A stretch of DNA of 63,794 nucleotides, counting the filler, from Stramenopiles sp. TOSAG23-3 (lineage: Eukaryota), in the NCBI GenBank assembly GCA_900128585.1. It is 9 parts of 9 records of this genome, joined end to end, with 100 filler letters (N's around TTAATTAATTAA, not from the genome) between each part and the next. Parts side by side here need not be neighbours in the genome. Positions count along the whole stretch, not along the records: positions 31,351 to 39,072 come from LT643108.1; positions 39,173 to 46,892 come from LT643109.1; 7 more parts are not named here. The stretch is one strand, 5' to 3'. Made by a program: the position numbers and the translations under genes. The notes beneath the pieces are model-generated. The model ran no database searches. It was not told the origin of the DNA and saw only the letters and a list, made by a program, of their open reading frames with translations. Below, one piece after another: positions 32,125-44,096 of this stretch. The number at the start of each line of letters is the position of its first letter. Positions within the stretch are counted from its first letter, which is position 1.

Positions 32125-35100
32125 TCACAGAGACATCAAGGCAATGCCCCCGTCTTCCTCCTCCTTTTCGTCAATTTCTTCATCCCCACTTTTCCCCGCC
32201 GAGGTCTGAAGCCCATGCGCCACGCGCTGGGCTTGTTGCGCGCTGAATGTGAAACCGTCCGGTGAAAACGGCGACGGGTCACTTCTTTTAAAGATTGGCG
32301 AAGATTTTGTGACATGATTTTTCTTCATTCGCGGAGATCGTCTTGGCGAGCCAATCCTTTTCTCAAAATGAAGAAACGCAATGAAGCCTTCTATTTCTGT
32401 ATCGATATGGTTGCCAGCGACGTCCAGCACGCAATCTGGACATTTTAAATTCAAAGTCAAGGCGAGGCGTTTGGCATCTTTTCCGCCAATGTTATTGTCA
32501 GCAAGTTGTAAATTTTGTAATCTAATTGAATTTGTTTCAACCCGCTCATGATCTAACGCGTCCGCGATTGCCTCCGCAGTGTGGTCGCCGATGTTGCACC
32601 GCGAGAGGTTCAAGTCTTCCAGAACACCGTCCGATCTTGTTGCCGCTTTTGCCAATGCAATACCGCCCTTCTCCCCTATGTCCACATTTCCACACAAGTT
32701 AAGCTTTCTAAGCACTTTGTTGTCGGTCCCAATGACGCTGCCCAAAGCACGCGCACCCTTCGAAGAAATACAGTTGTGCTGTAAACTCAGCGAATTTACG
32801 GTATCGTTTATGCGCAGGGTTGCCACCAAGTCTTGGATGCCTTTGTCTGTGATTCGGCTTTTTGCCAGCACAAGCTTTTCGAGACGAACATTTTCAAGGA
32901 GACTTTCCGAAATTGCGTGCAGACCTTCGTCCCCAACGCCCGGGTTGTCCTCCAAGTACAACGCAGTCAAGGTGACATGTTTGCGCTTCAGAGTTGCAGC
33001 CAACGCCTGTGCCCCGCGAACCCCAATTTTGTTATTTCCAAGACCCAGGGTTTGCAGAACAGACACTTCGCTCTCAGCCAAAGCTTGCGCAATCGCCATA
33101 ACGCCCTTGTCACGTATGTCGCTGTTGTACAAGAGCAGCGAGCGAATAGTGGTATTGGTCCGAAGGATGGGGGCAATGGCGTATCTGGCATCGGCTCGCG
33201 TGAATGGTGCAACTTGGGACACAACGCTTTTGCACGTAAACATTTTAACCATTTCTGGCTCTGCAATTGGAATGCCACCGGGGACCATCGCGCACCCACT
33301 GCTGCGTGCACGATAAAGGGCAGACATGATGGCGGTGCCTCTGGCGTGATTCCTCTTCCAAGCATTTCCCGACCCGACGACGTAGGGGGAACGGGGGCCG
33401 TCCACGATCTTCCCCGGCGGAGACAGACTGGCTTGCGGGGACGATGGCGAGGAAGGGGACGATGGCGCACCATTTTGTCGCTCTTTAGACAACATTTTTT
33501 GCTGCCTTCGACGCCTCTTCCCATCGTCCATTGTGGAGCGAATGACGACAGTCGGTTCGTTGGCAATCTGGACCTCTTCGATTGCGTCCCAGACGTTTGC
33601 GTACCATAACGTGAACAAGTCTCGCTTTCTGTTCAGCATGGCGTTTTTCACCTTTTTCTTGATGCGTATGGAGCCTTTGGCGAAATTGTGCCACGAAGAC
33701 CACGACTGATGCAGCACACGGTTAAACATCTTCTTCAGGTTTTTGTGCACCAGCTCATCTTGTTCTCTCCTGTGGGCTTCGATTGCCCGCTTCTCCACCA
33801 ACCTCTCGTCCACCCAGCCATGCCATTTGCCGAAACACTTTGCTTCCATCTTTCCGCAACGGCGGGCGATCATCAACCGTACCCCCTTGTTCGTTTCGTA
33901 CACGTGCTTCCATTTGCCATACGACATAGCAATAACCTTGTTCGTGATTCTTGTCATAAAAAACCGCACCTTCCTTTCCTTTTCTTTCTTCTGCGCCCGT
34001 TGCAATTTTCGGGATGCCCGACCCCTCTGGTACCGATACCAAAGGGCAATGGTGGTGCACGCTCCCGTGCGCTGTTTGCGTCGTACCCTGAGGGCTTTCA
34101 TGCGAACCCTCCCTTTTCTACGGCCTGTTACCCCCCGATGGGCCGACTGTATTTTTACGATCAAGTGCTCTTCATAATTCAACATTTTCTCCCAGTCCTC
34201 ACTCCATCGCCGAAGCAGTGCCCGGACGGTTTGATTGCAACGGTCTATCTCTAAAGCGCTGGCAGCTGCCTGCAGCGCTGGTTCAACGCGCCGTATTTTG
34301 TAGCACGCCCTTGCAATTTCCACCCATTGGTCTACCGAGTGGGTTTCCGACAGTTGAAGAGCTTGCGAGTAAGCATCCACAGCAAAAACATTTAGATCGT
34401 GGCGAACGTACAAACGCGCCCTTTCCAACCACTTGTCCGCGTCCTGGCCCCAAACCAAGAATGCACTCTCGACGTCTTTCCCTTTGTACGGCCCCGAGTC
34501 CTTTGCTGTCGGAAACACGAACGTCTGGAACACGTAGTACATCCAATTCGTACCTTCTTCGGCCCTCCCGACAATTTGATACGCACGGGCGCAGAGAAAC
34601 GTAAGCTGCGCTTCCGTAAATTCGGGAGGCGGCGCGGTGACTGCAGAATACTCCAAGTACGAGATCCCGCTGCTCTGCTGCTCTCCCTGAAAGTCAGGAT
34701 GAAACGATATATCCGCTATCTTTAGCGAAACGATCCCATTCTTCTCGTGCTCAGGGTGATCGGTGACGGCGTTGGAGTATTCGTCTAAAGCCTCATTCAT
34801 CTCACCATACGCTTCATACACGTAGCCCAAAGCCATGCGAAAATCTCGGCTGTGCTTATTTTCTTGGTACTTAAGGGACCTGGTCAAAGAACGGTGCGCG
34901 TTTCTCAGCGCTTCCTGGTCTACCGCGTCCTCTCCCGCTTTGTACTTTTGCAGCTGCGAGAGGCCGAGCGTCAGCAGAAGTCTATGGTCGGCCCGATCCC
35001 CCAGCAGCACCGCTGCTTTTTTCAGATACTCTATTGCTTTTTCGTAATTTTTTTCACGATGCTCCACTAGCCCCATCTCGAAGTTTGCATCCGCATTTTT

Positions 35101-35322
35101 CTCTCCCGCCTTCAGGATCTGTACTAGGACTTCGCGAGATCTGGGTTCTTTCAGCTCCACCCCTTTCCTTGTTCCGGGAGTCGTGTTCATACGAAGCTGT
35201 TCCGTGGCACTAGGGACATAATCACTACCTTCTTCTGCAACATCTTGGCCCGCATCAATTCTCCTCTTCGAAGGCGATTTGCTTCTTTTTTTCTTTCCCG
35301 TTTTTTTACCAGAGTTGCTCAT
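32125..35322 (-). CDS. TPR + IQ + SFI1-like repeats + RI-class LRR protein
   Basis: TPR: ALGYVYEAYGEMNEALDEYSNA. IQ: IQSAHRGVTGRR. Spaced-W repeats: SYGKWK, CFGKWH, SWSSWH. LRRs: LQTLGLGNNKIGVRGAQALA, LSLQHNCISSKGARAL. Confidence 0.85.
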   Translation of the reverse strand: MSNSGKKTGKKKRSKSPSKRRIDAGQDVAEEGSDYVPSATEQLRMNTTPGTRKGVELKEPRSREVLVQILKAGEKNADANFEMGLVEHREKNYEKAIEYLKKAAVLLGDRADHRLLLTLGLSQLQKYKAGEDAVDQEALRNAHRSLTRSLKYQENKHSRDFRMALGYVYEAYGEMNEALDEYSNAVTDHPEHEKNGIVSLKIADISFHPDFQGEQQSSGISYLEYSAVTAPPPEFTEAQLTFLCARAYQIVGRAEEGTNWMYYVFQTFVFPTAKDSGPYKGKDVESAFLVWGQDADKWLERARLYVRHDLNVFAVDAYSQALQLSETHSVDQWVEIARACYKIRRVEPALQAAASALEIDRCNQTVRALLRRWSEDWEKMLNYEEHLIVKIQSAHRGVTGRRKGRVRMKALRVRRKQRTGACTTIALWYRYQRGRASRKLQRAQKKEKERKVRFFMTRITNKVIAMSYGKWKHVYETNKGVRLMIARRCGKMEAKCFGKWHGWVDERLVEKRAIEAHRREQDELVHKNLKKMFNRVLHQSWSSWHNFAKGSIRIKKKVKNAMLNRKRDLFTLWYANVWDAIEEVQIANEPTVVIRSTMDDGKRRRRQQKMLSKERQNGAPSSPSSPSSPQASLSPPGKIVDGPRSPYVVGSGNAWKRNHARGTAIMSALYRARSSGCAMVPGGIPIAEPEMVKMFTCKSVVSQVAPFTRADARYAIAPILRTNTTIRSLLLYNSDIRDKGVMAIAQALAESEVSVLQTLGLGNNKIGVRGAQALAATLKRKHVTLTALYLEDNPGVGDEGLHAISESLLENVRLEKLVLAKSRITDKGIQDLVATLRINDTVNSLSLQHNCISSKGARALGSVIGTDNKVLRKLNLCGNVDIGEKGGIALAKAATRSDGVLEDLNLSRCNIGDHTAEAIADALDHERVETNSIRLQNLQLADNNIGGKDAKRLALTLNLKCPDCVLDVAGNHIDTEIEGFIAFLHFEKRIGSPRRSPRMKKNHVTKSSPIFKRSDPSPFSPDGFTFSAQQAQRVAHGLQTSAGKSGDEEIDEKEEEDGGIALMSL

Positions 35323-36389
35323 ATTTTACGCGACCTATCTTCGCGTCCTATTTACATTCGTCGCACAAAGCTAACTCTCCGCCAACTCTTTCCGTCGTCT
35401 AGAAAGCGTGCTGCTGCGCGTTGAAGTCAAACTCCCTCAGTGCACGCACACACACGCACGCAATCACAGTATTCGCTTCAATAAAGTTTTCTACAGTGTA
35501 AACAATAATTTCAATACATAAGTCTGAAACACAATAAAAGCATCTCTGATTTTTCTTTTCTTCTCCACAACTCCTACTCCTACTCTATAATACTCGAACG
35601 AATTTGAACTTACACACGCCGCGTATTTATTTATAGTAGTAAGTAATAATAATAATAATTATTATTTTATATTTTTTTTTTATTATTTATTATTTTTTGA
35701 GTTCTTCATCGTTCGTACCGTAAGGTACTGTACTACGCACTCCTCGGAGTAGTTACTATTTTAATACCTAACTACAGTCCTGAAACCACAGTGGAAAACA
35801 ACTATAAAAAACGGATGTACCAAAACTTGATCCTTAAAGAAATTGAAGCAACCGATGCGAACCCGTATTATAAAACAAGGAGGTTTTGGTATTAATAAAA
35901 TGGAAGGGTTGAAGAAACGGTAATTTTTTAAAATTCTGACATTTATTATACATTGAGTAGGAGGACTCAGTTCTAATTTACATAACCCTATAACATAACT
36001 CTATTAATGAATACACTTATACTAATGTGTATTCTAATGAACATTGATAGGATGATAGGGTAACAAAACCAAACCAACAATAATAATAAATAATAATAAA
36101 AAAATAAAAAATTATTGTTGTGTGTTCGTCGTTATTATATTGTTGCTTCTTCTTCTTTTCTTTTTTTTGCTTCTCTTTTTTTTTGAGATGAGAGGGAAAA
36201 AGAAGGAAGGGGCACGATATACCATATTAAACGTACATAAATATGGGAACGATCAAAAGAGAAACAGAATAAACGATGAGATCAGAGTGTTTTTTTATAG
36301 TGTATTTTGTACAGGGTGGTTCGTACAAGAACATATGTTTGTTTGATCGAACGGGTCAAGGTTTCTAATCCATTGCGGCTCGATAAGCC

Positions 36390-39072
36390 ATGCCGCGCGC
36401 AAAGGGACGCAAACTTGGCAAAGGGGGAAAAGTTGTCCACACTACTCATGGATCGAACGATGGTGGCGATGATGAGCAGGCTCCGATGGAACAGGATGTT
36501 CATACAAGGGGGGAATTGAGTATTCTTGAACGGCGTGGTCTTCCTGAAATTGAGGACACTTTCTCTGCAGCCGCGCAAGAATATTACACCGCGGCGTATG
36601 AAATTACGCTCGACCTTATCAACAATCCTCTGACAGAGCACCTAGCCCATATTCGGACGGTAGCGAAAGGTTCGGTATCGAATCATCGCACCCCGGGGAA
36701 GGCAGAGAAAGGCGAATGCGCAGAAGGTGTGAACCAAGACAAAGACCGCCACGATGAGAAGAAAGAAGAACTTGGGCGCACGGAAAAGCAGCTCACCAGC
36801 CACCAATTGAAGCGACGGGCTATATTAGTAAATTCTTTGCGAGAGTATATGAAAAGGCAGTGCGACTTGGTAGAGACCCAAAGGCAACAGTACACGCAGC
36901 ATTTGTTGCACGCGGAAACTAGGTCAAAGATGAAATCGGACGAAACCAAAGTACGCATAGAGGGCGCAACAAAGAAGCACGAAGCTCTCCTGCGGGAATG
37001 CAACGCGGAGAAGCAGGGGTTGAAAAAGACCATCCTAGACCTGGAAGAAAAACTGCAAGAAATGGAGTTTCGACACCGGCATGATGTTGCAGAAAAAGTT
37101 TCGCTATTGAAACTTCAATGGGAAAAAAACCTAGAAGCCTTGAAAATATCAAATGTTACCAAAGCCGAGCTTAAGCGCTTCCAAACGATGCATTTTCAGC
37201 ACGAGCAAACCCTGTCGCTCCTGATGACACAGAAACGACAAGCGAAAGACTCCTGCATAAAAATGGAGCAAGTCCTTCAGTCTCTGGTTCGCGAAAAGCA
37301 TTACTTGACCAGGTGTTTGCATGATGGGGTCGCCAAAAATACTCAGCAGGAATTGGCACTTGCTGAAAACGAAACTCGGATAAAATTGATGACCGAGAGA
37401 ATGGGGGAGCTTAAAACAACGAACAAAGGTTTGGAACGGGAGTTGACTGCTAGCAGAAGAGAGCTGGAAAAACTCTCAGAGGCACAGACCAAATCACGTG
37501 TAGACAGAACCAAGCTGGGTTTAGAAAACGGGAGTTTGAAATCCAAAGTAGAGGAGCTGCAAAAACAAATTGGTGCAGCGAAGGAGCAAAGCAGGATTCG
37601 GATGGAGGAATCGAACCAGAACAAGGTGAGTTTTGGTAAACAAATTATAGATCAAAAGAATGAAATAGTACGACTACAAATGGAAGTGGAAAAGGGGAAA
37701 GATAGTACCCAACAGGCTGAAGCAAAGTCTACGGCGACGTTAAAAGAGAAATTGAGGGAGCTAGACTCTCATTTAGACGGCTGTCGTCTTGAAAATACTA
37801 CATTGCAAAATACGCTGCACAATCGCGACATAGAACTTACCAACCTACGGGACACGTATATGTCGGAGAAAAATATAAGGCAAGAAAAGTTCGGAGAGCT
37901 GAGAAAAATGTGCACGGTACTCCTTGCCACAAGTCGCCAAAACGGGCAACACTTGGCACAAGTTCAGAATAACTATAATCGCAAAGTTCAGAATGTTCGG
38001 CAATTGAACCGTACATTTGAAGATCTGAATGTGCAACACAAGCTCCTTCACAATAATTTCAAACATGCCATGGCCGTTTCAAATATGAACAAAGAAAGTG
38101 AACAGAAAAAAGAAAAGGAAGAGCATAGGCTAAAAGAGGAGGAGAACAACCGCCTAATGGAAATGCTATCCTCGCCCTCTAAACGCATAACGGAGGCCGA
38201 AGAAAAAATGAACAGCCTTGCCATGGAGAACAATGCGAAAGAGAAAGCGATAAAAAGGATGCAAGATGAGGCAGTGGTAGTGCAACGAGAGTTATCGTTT
38301 TTGCAACAAGATGTCGGGAACTATAAACAGACCATTAGACAGCAGAAGGAAACCATCTCTCGTCTAGAGATAGAATCGTTAAAGTTTAAATCCGACCATG
38401 AAAAGTCGAAATTTGCCGCATCTGTTGCTGAACAAACTAACAAAGACATACAGCGAAGATTTGAGAAAGAAAAGGAGCTTTTGCAGCTTGAGCACACCTC
38501 ACGGCAGAAAGCCATTCAACACGAGCTTGATTTGGTAACAGGAGATGTGTCCATGCTTGAAAACAAACTTGCAAAAGCAAGAAAGCTTTACCGTGAACGA
38601 CTGGGCGAGGATGGGGTTGCAGACCTGGGGGACGGGGTGCATGTCCCGTACAAAACCTTGTGCAAGCAGGTGGCAGAAATGAAATCGGCGGCTCTTCAAC
38701 AAAACGAAAAGATGCAAGCGCTGGTTGCAGAAAAACTTTCTGTCGAACAAACTCTGAATAATGTTTCCCATGAGCTAACATCTGCCCAGATAATGATAAC
38801 AAAATCCCAGGAAATGGAACAGTCTTCAAAGGACATGATAAAGGTTTTGGAAACTGCACAGGAAAAGCTACTCCACGATTTTCAGAAAACGCGCAAGAAA
38901 CTAAAAGTTGCAAACGAAGAAAAATCCAAAGCTGTAAAGGAATACCGGGAAACCATAGAAAGGGAACGACAAGCGTTGAGGGAGATGCTGGAAGAGAAAG
39001 ACGCCCTTCTAGCCAAAGTAGAAAAAGACAGAGAAGATTCCTTGAACGAAATCATTATGAAAATGAACAGAA
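36390..39072 (+). CDS. Long coiled-coil protein, 3' end cut by the contig end
   Basis: About 890-aa E/K/Q/L-rich heptad ORF running into the N gap. Confidence 0.85.
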
Positions 39073-39900
39073 NNNNNNNNNNNNNNNNNNNNNNNNNNNN
39101 NNNNNNNNNNNNNNNNTTAATTAATTAANNNNNNNNNNNNNNNNNNNNNNNNNNNNNNNNNNNNNNNNNNNNAAAAATACGAAAAAAATAAAACAAAAAA
39201 AATGCCGTTGAAGAAAGAAAGAAAGAAAGAAGAAGAAAGAAAGAAGAAAGAAGAAGAAAGAAAGAAGAAAAGAAAGAAGAAGATAAAAAAAAGAAGATGT
39301 TAAAAAAAGAAGTTAAAAAAAGAAGAAGAAAGAAAAAGAAGAAAGAAGAAGAAGAAAAGAAGAAGAATGAGATTATATTATAGGCCTCTCTTCTCTCTTT
39401 TTGTTTTCTTTTTTTATAACGTTTTTCTTCTTCTTTTTTTTCTTCTATATTTTAAATCCTACCCTAATCCCCTCCTAATCCCCCGTACCGTACGTACCGT
39501 ATATATTCATCATTCATATCATATTTAATATCCTTTTTCTTTATACTTACCCTATTTAAATTATAATGCACACAGCATCCGGCTTGAAAAAATAATATTA
39601 AAAGAAGAAGAAGAAGAAGAGGAGAAGGAGAAGAAGAAACAACACAAAAAAAAAATTAAATAATAATAATTTTTTATTATGTTTTTCTATATCTCACTTT
39701 CCATATTTTTATAAAATGAGAATCAAATGACAAATAGGTCAATTGATTTATTTTTCTCCTTTGAAACGACCAGTTTTTAGAGTCGGATCTGTACGGTCTT
39801 TCTTTGAAACTGACTTGTTGAATCGTTTCGTTTCGTTTGATTGTGCACTGTTATATTTAATATTTAACAGCAGTCGGTTTTATACAGCGTATCGTTAGTT

Positions 39901-41514
39901 ATGGGCGCGAAGGTGCCGGTAAGTAGTTCTTCGTGTTCCATGTTTGTTTCTCTATCTGTCCATTGCCCATTGACTAACATTGACTAACATTGACATTGAA
40001 TATATATAGGTCCCGGATGAAAGGTAAGTTCTCCATGTTAGATTCTCCATTTGTCCTTTGACTAACATTAATATTGAATATACATTAGACTTCAGGCCAT
40101 GATTGGTAAGTTCTTCATGTTCCACAGTAGTTTCACCAGCTGCTCTTTCACTAACATTAAAAATATCTGCAGACAAGCTCCGGCTGAAAAGAAAGGACCT
40201 TGCAAAACTTTATAAACAGTTTCTTAAATATGATAAGGATAAATCAGGTACAATCGAGGTGAAAGAATTTTTCGATTTGATTCGAGAGCCACAAACGTTA
40301 TTTGGTGAAGCAATCTTCAAGATTGTCGACCTGGATGGCTCAGGGGCATTAGATTTCAGTGAATTTGTGGAGGCAGTAGGGGTGAGTACGAGTTCCTTTT
40401 CATATCCTCTCTTCTTCAGTTTGTTTGTTGATTGACTAACACACGGACCCTTTCACAACCCTGCAGACTTTCGCAATGTTCGGAAAAATGGAAATTCTGA
40501 AATTTTGTTTTTACATCTTTGACAAAGATAAATCTGGAGAAATTGAAGAGGACGAGATGCATACGTTAATTGAAACACTTCAGCAAGGCGAAGCTTATTC
40601 GAACACTAAACAGGCTTTGCTCGGGGCTTTCGACGAGGACGGGGATGGAAAGATGAACTTTAAAGAGTTCGTAAGCTTAGATGAAAAGTTTCCCCAGATG
40701 CTTTACGTACGTGGCGTGCACGATTTCCCTTTTCCCCACCCTAACAATGCACTAACAATTCTGTGTTTCAAAATTAATATAATATCGGCGCCTCTTTGGT
40801 ATTTTAGCCTGCATTTAAACTCCAAGACGCAATCGCCCAGCATACGTTGGGAAGAGACTGGTGGCTCGATCGGCGAAGCATGTTTGCGGGCGAACGAGAG
40901 AAGGAAATCATAGACAAACAGAAAAAGAAAGACGCAGAGAAGAAAAAACACGTAGACGGACAGAAGAAACAAATTCGGCGCCGGATAGGTTGGTTCGTAA
41001 GTGTACCCATTACCCACATATCCCTCTCCCCCTCCCTCCATACATGCCGCCCACGTTAAATCTAACACCAAAACAAACAACAAACCCCGTCTCTCTTCAG
41101 AACTACTACTTTAACAGCAAAATGAGAGAGAAATACTTTGAAGACATCGACTATGGGGTCGACGAAGAGGCAGTTGCCCGAGAGAAGAAAGAAAGAGAAT
41201 TAGAAGAATTGGCGCGAAATGTAGAGTTAGAGAAATTGGCCGCTGAACGAAACCGAGCGATGCGAATGATGAACAAAAACCCGCCGAAACAGCCAACGAA
41301 ACCACACCTTACATCGGATGCCCTCAGGACACGATCTACATATGTTACTAGACTCAGCCATCGTGCGCGAAGAGCGAAAGGCTTCATTCCGCCAAAAGAT
41401 CGGCGGAAAGCTTACGAAAAAGAAAAACGTATTGAACGAAGACGGGAAAGGGAAGAGCAAAAATACAGAGAGGAAATGTATTCAAGCAGTGAAAGCAGCG
41501 ACGACGAAAGTTGA
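39901..41514 (+). CDS. Seven-exon EF-hand (calcineurin-B-like) protein. Exons: 39901-39918, 40010-40023, 40089-40105, 40173-40381, 40467-40706, 40808-40996, 41101-41514
   Basis: GT(A/G)AGT or GTACGT donors, CTAAC branch points and YAG acceptors splice in frame to MGAKVPVPDERLQAMIDKLRLKRKDL...DKDKSGTIEVKEF...DLDGSGALDFSEF...DKDKSGEIEEDEM...DEDGDGKMNFKEF...FPQMLYPAFKLQDAIAQHTLGRDWW. Confidence 0.85.
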
Positions 41515-41996
41515 AGAAACGATCAGGAAGAGACGCGGGGGGGGGGGTGCTCAAATCTCATCTTCTATTGGATCTTTAAAAATTAGCACAATAGTCTAAT
41601 GATTAAGGAATACATAATATTATCCATTTTTTAAAACAATTTGTTGTGCTTACATTTATATAACGTTTCATATAATTTAAATATAATTATATTTTATACC
41701 TTAACAAAAGACAAAAAAGAAGAAGAAGAAGCCTTGTTTTGTTCTCTTCCGAGGCGGTGGGGTCCCGGCGTAAAGATATTATGACATGGGTGTAATCAAG
41801 ATGATGAATGGAACACATAATACACCTACATTTAAACGATAGAAACAACAGAAACTTTCGGTCGTTTTTCCTTTAACAACCTACAGGCAGGATTTGTGGC
41901 AGACCATACGTTTGCATTATTTGGAGGAGTTTAAGGATTGGTTTTGGACTTTTTTCGTTGGTCGTTGAACGAACGAACGGACGGACGGGGATAATT

Positions 41997-43700
41997 ATGA
42001 GAGTCACCCGATTGATTCTACACGGGTTTGGCCTTTTAGCCATGCTGTTTTCGGTAGCTGACGGCGTCAGATTCATCGTATCGGCGGGGCAAGTCCCGGC
42101 GACGATGCCCAAGCTTACCTTTAGCGCGTACGCGCCGATGGCATCGTTCGGGGGAACCCCATCCGAGAAACCAGACGACAAAACGGGCTCGTTAGAGCTA
42201 ATGCAACCGAGTAAGGCAGCGGCATGCGACCCGTTCACTCGTTATACAGAGATGAACATGAAGGGAAAGGCCGTACTTCTCGTCCGTGGCAACTGCAATT
42301 TTGTGGAAAAGGCGCGACGGGCTCAAGCCGCAGGGGCGAAGGCGGTCATCGTCGGAAACATGTACTTGGACGACGGCCACCTTGAAAAAATGCCCGACGT
42401 TGGTCCCATCAACATGTTTGGCATTGCGTCTGACGTAACGATTCCAGTCGTTATGGTGTCGAGTCAAGTAAGCATGCGGTTGACGCAGTACCTAATGGAA
42501 GTCCGAACGATACGTGCCGTGGTGAATCGTCAATTTCCTCCAAAGGGCTGCGCATCTTCCGACGACATGTTCGTGAACCCGTTCCAGTGCATCATTGACA
42601 AAGAGGAGCTCGGGGATGAGCACTCGGTGCAGGAAAACAACGACCAGTCGCCCCCAGAGCGCTACCTTTTGGACCCCGCCTCGTGGCTAGCGTCCAGGGG
42701 CACGGTCACCAACAACGAGAGCTGGATGACGATGGCGCTACAAATATTCCACGGTTGCAGCTCCCTGTATTTTTGTTACAAGTTTGTGAAAATACATTAC
42801 AATTTGATGCGAGGGGAGGCAAGGGACGACTCCGGGGCGGCCGCGCTGGAGAGCGAGCTGAAGCGGAAGGTGAAATTTATCCGGATGGCGGCCATCGCCT
42901 ACGTAGTTTTGGGGTACATTTTGTACTCGGACCAGCTAATGTCGTTGGCGCCAAACCCCGCCACCGTCCGCCGCGCCTTATCTACGTACTTTATGTGGCT
43001 GCTGTTGCTGCAGCTCCAAGTGCACGAGACGGCCGATCCTGCGAACATTTACATGTTTCCGGCCAGCGTCCGCTTGGCCAGGACCTATGGGACATGCTGC
43101 CAAAAGGTCTCCATCCTTCGCCTATTCTCTTCTATCGCCGTTGTGCTGATGGCCGTGGACTTCGGGTACATTGGGTTTGGGGGGCGAAGCAACGCCGCCG
43201 TCGAAACGATAGGGTGGGTCCGCATTTCGTGCATTTTTATGCTCTGGCTGTGTGCGATGGTCCTCGCGGCACGGTTCCTTCGGGACATTGTCGTGAACCG
43301 CCATCGGGACATTCCTTCGTCGGTGGAACATATTATGTTGATGAAGAAGCGGGCCTTGTACACCGTAGTGGGGGCGGCATGGGCGACGGTTGCATCGTTT
43401 GCACAGTTTATTTGCATTTTGTGCGTGAACATGCGGGAGAATTTCGACAGCCCAGGGGGGTGGATGACGGCAACGTTCGCCCTGGCGCTGTTCCAAATCG
43501 TCCATTTGTGCGCCATCGCGTACGGGCACATGAACGATATCCTTGCCATCAACTGGATCTTACAGAGCACTACGGATCGCCAGCTTGCAGCAACCTGCGT
43601 CTCTAGAATTTTAATACGAGACGGTTACCCAAGTATGAGCATCGAAGACCAGAAAAGCTACCCTCGGTCCGTGGATAGTTTAGACGCATCGTCGATTTAA
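41997..43700 (+). CDS. Signal peptide + PA (protease-associated) domain + multi-pass membrane region
   Basis: MRVTRLILHGFGLLAMLFSVADG; GKAVLLVRGNCNFVEKARRAQAAGAKAVIVGN...VTIPVVMVS; about 7 hydrophobic helices follow. Confidence 0.85.
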   Translation: MRVTRLILHGFGLLAMLFSVADGVRFIVSAGQVPATMPKLTFSAYAPMASFGGTPSEKPDDKTGSLELMQPSKAAACDPFTRYTEMNMKGKAVLLVRGNCNFVEKARRAQAAGAKAVIVGNMYLDDGHLEKMPDVGPINMFGIASDVTIPVVMVSSQVSMRLTQYLMEVRTIRAVVNRQFPPKGCASSDDMFVNPFQCIIDKEELGDEHSVQENNDQSPPERYLLDPASWLASRGTVTNNESWMTMALQIFHGCSSLYFCYKFVKIHYNLMRGEARDDSGAAALESELKRKVKFIRMAAIAYVVLGYILYSDQLMSLAPNPATVRRALSTYFMWLLLLQLQVHETADPANIYMFPASVRLARTYGTCCQKVSILRLFSSIAVVLMAVDFGYIGFGGRSNAAVETIGWVRISCIFMLWLCAMVLAARFLRDIVVNRHRDIPSSVEHIMLMKKRALYTVVGAAWATVASFAQFICILCVNMRENFDSPGGWMTATFALALFQIVHLCAIAYGHMNDILAINWILQSTTDRQLAATCVSRILIRDGYPSMSIEDQKSYPRSVDSLDASSI

Positions 43701-43934
43701 TACGGATCCAACCACGGAGGATATGTGTGCACACAAAAAGGATACATTTCAGAACAAAATGTGAATGGCTGTTAGGATATCAAACTTTTAATATGATAAT
43801 CAAAAAAACAAATTATAAAGTATGTATGCTAAATCATGTAAATCAAGAAAATTGGCTGTTATTTTAGTAAAAGTAATTAAAATTAATGTACTGCGAACTG
43901 ATTTAGACATTCTTGGTTTGCATTCCTGCGAACT

Positions 43935-44012
43935 TATCATTGCTCTTTTGGTCTTACTAATCGATATACCCTTGTCACTTAGTCTTGACTATCATTCTCA
44001 GGTGTACTCCAT
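43935..44012 (-). repeat. Decayed dispersed repeat, copy 3 (partial)
   Basis: ATCGATATACCCTTGTCACTTAGTCTTGACTATCATTCTCAGGTGTACTCCAT matches 29301-29355 and the reverse complement of 23893-23965. Confidence 0.85.
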
Positions 44013-44096
44013 TTATGATCAGTTCGCAGTACATGAAGGAAGGTGAACCTTTAATGGCCGGTGATGCCAGGCGAAGCAAAAATTAAACCACGCGGG

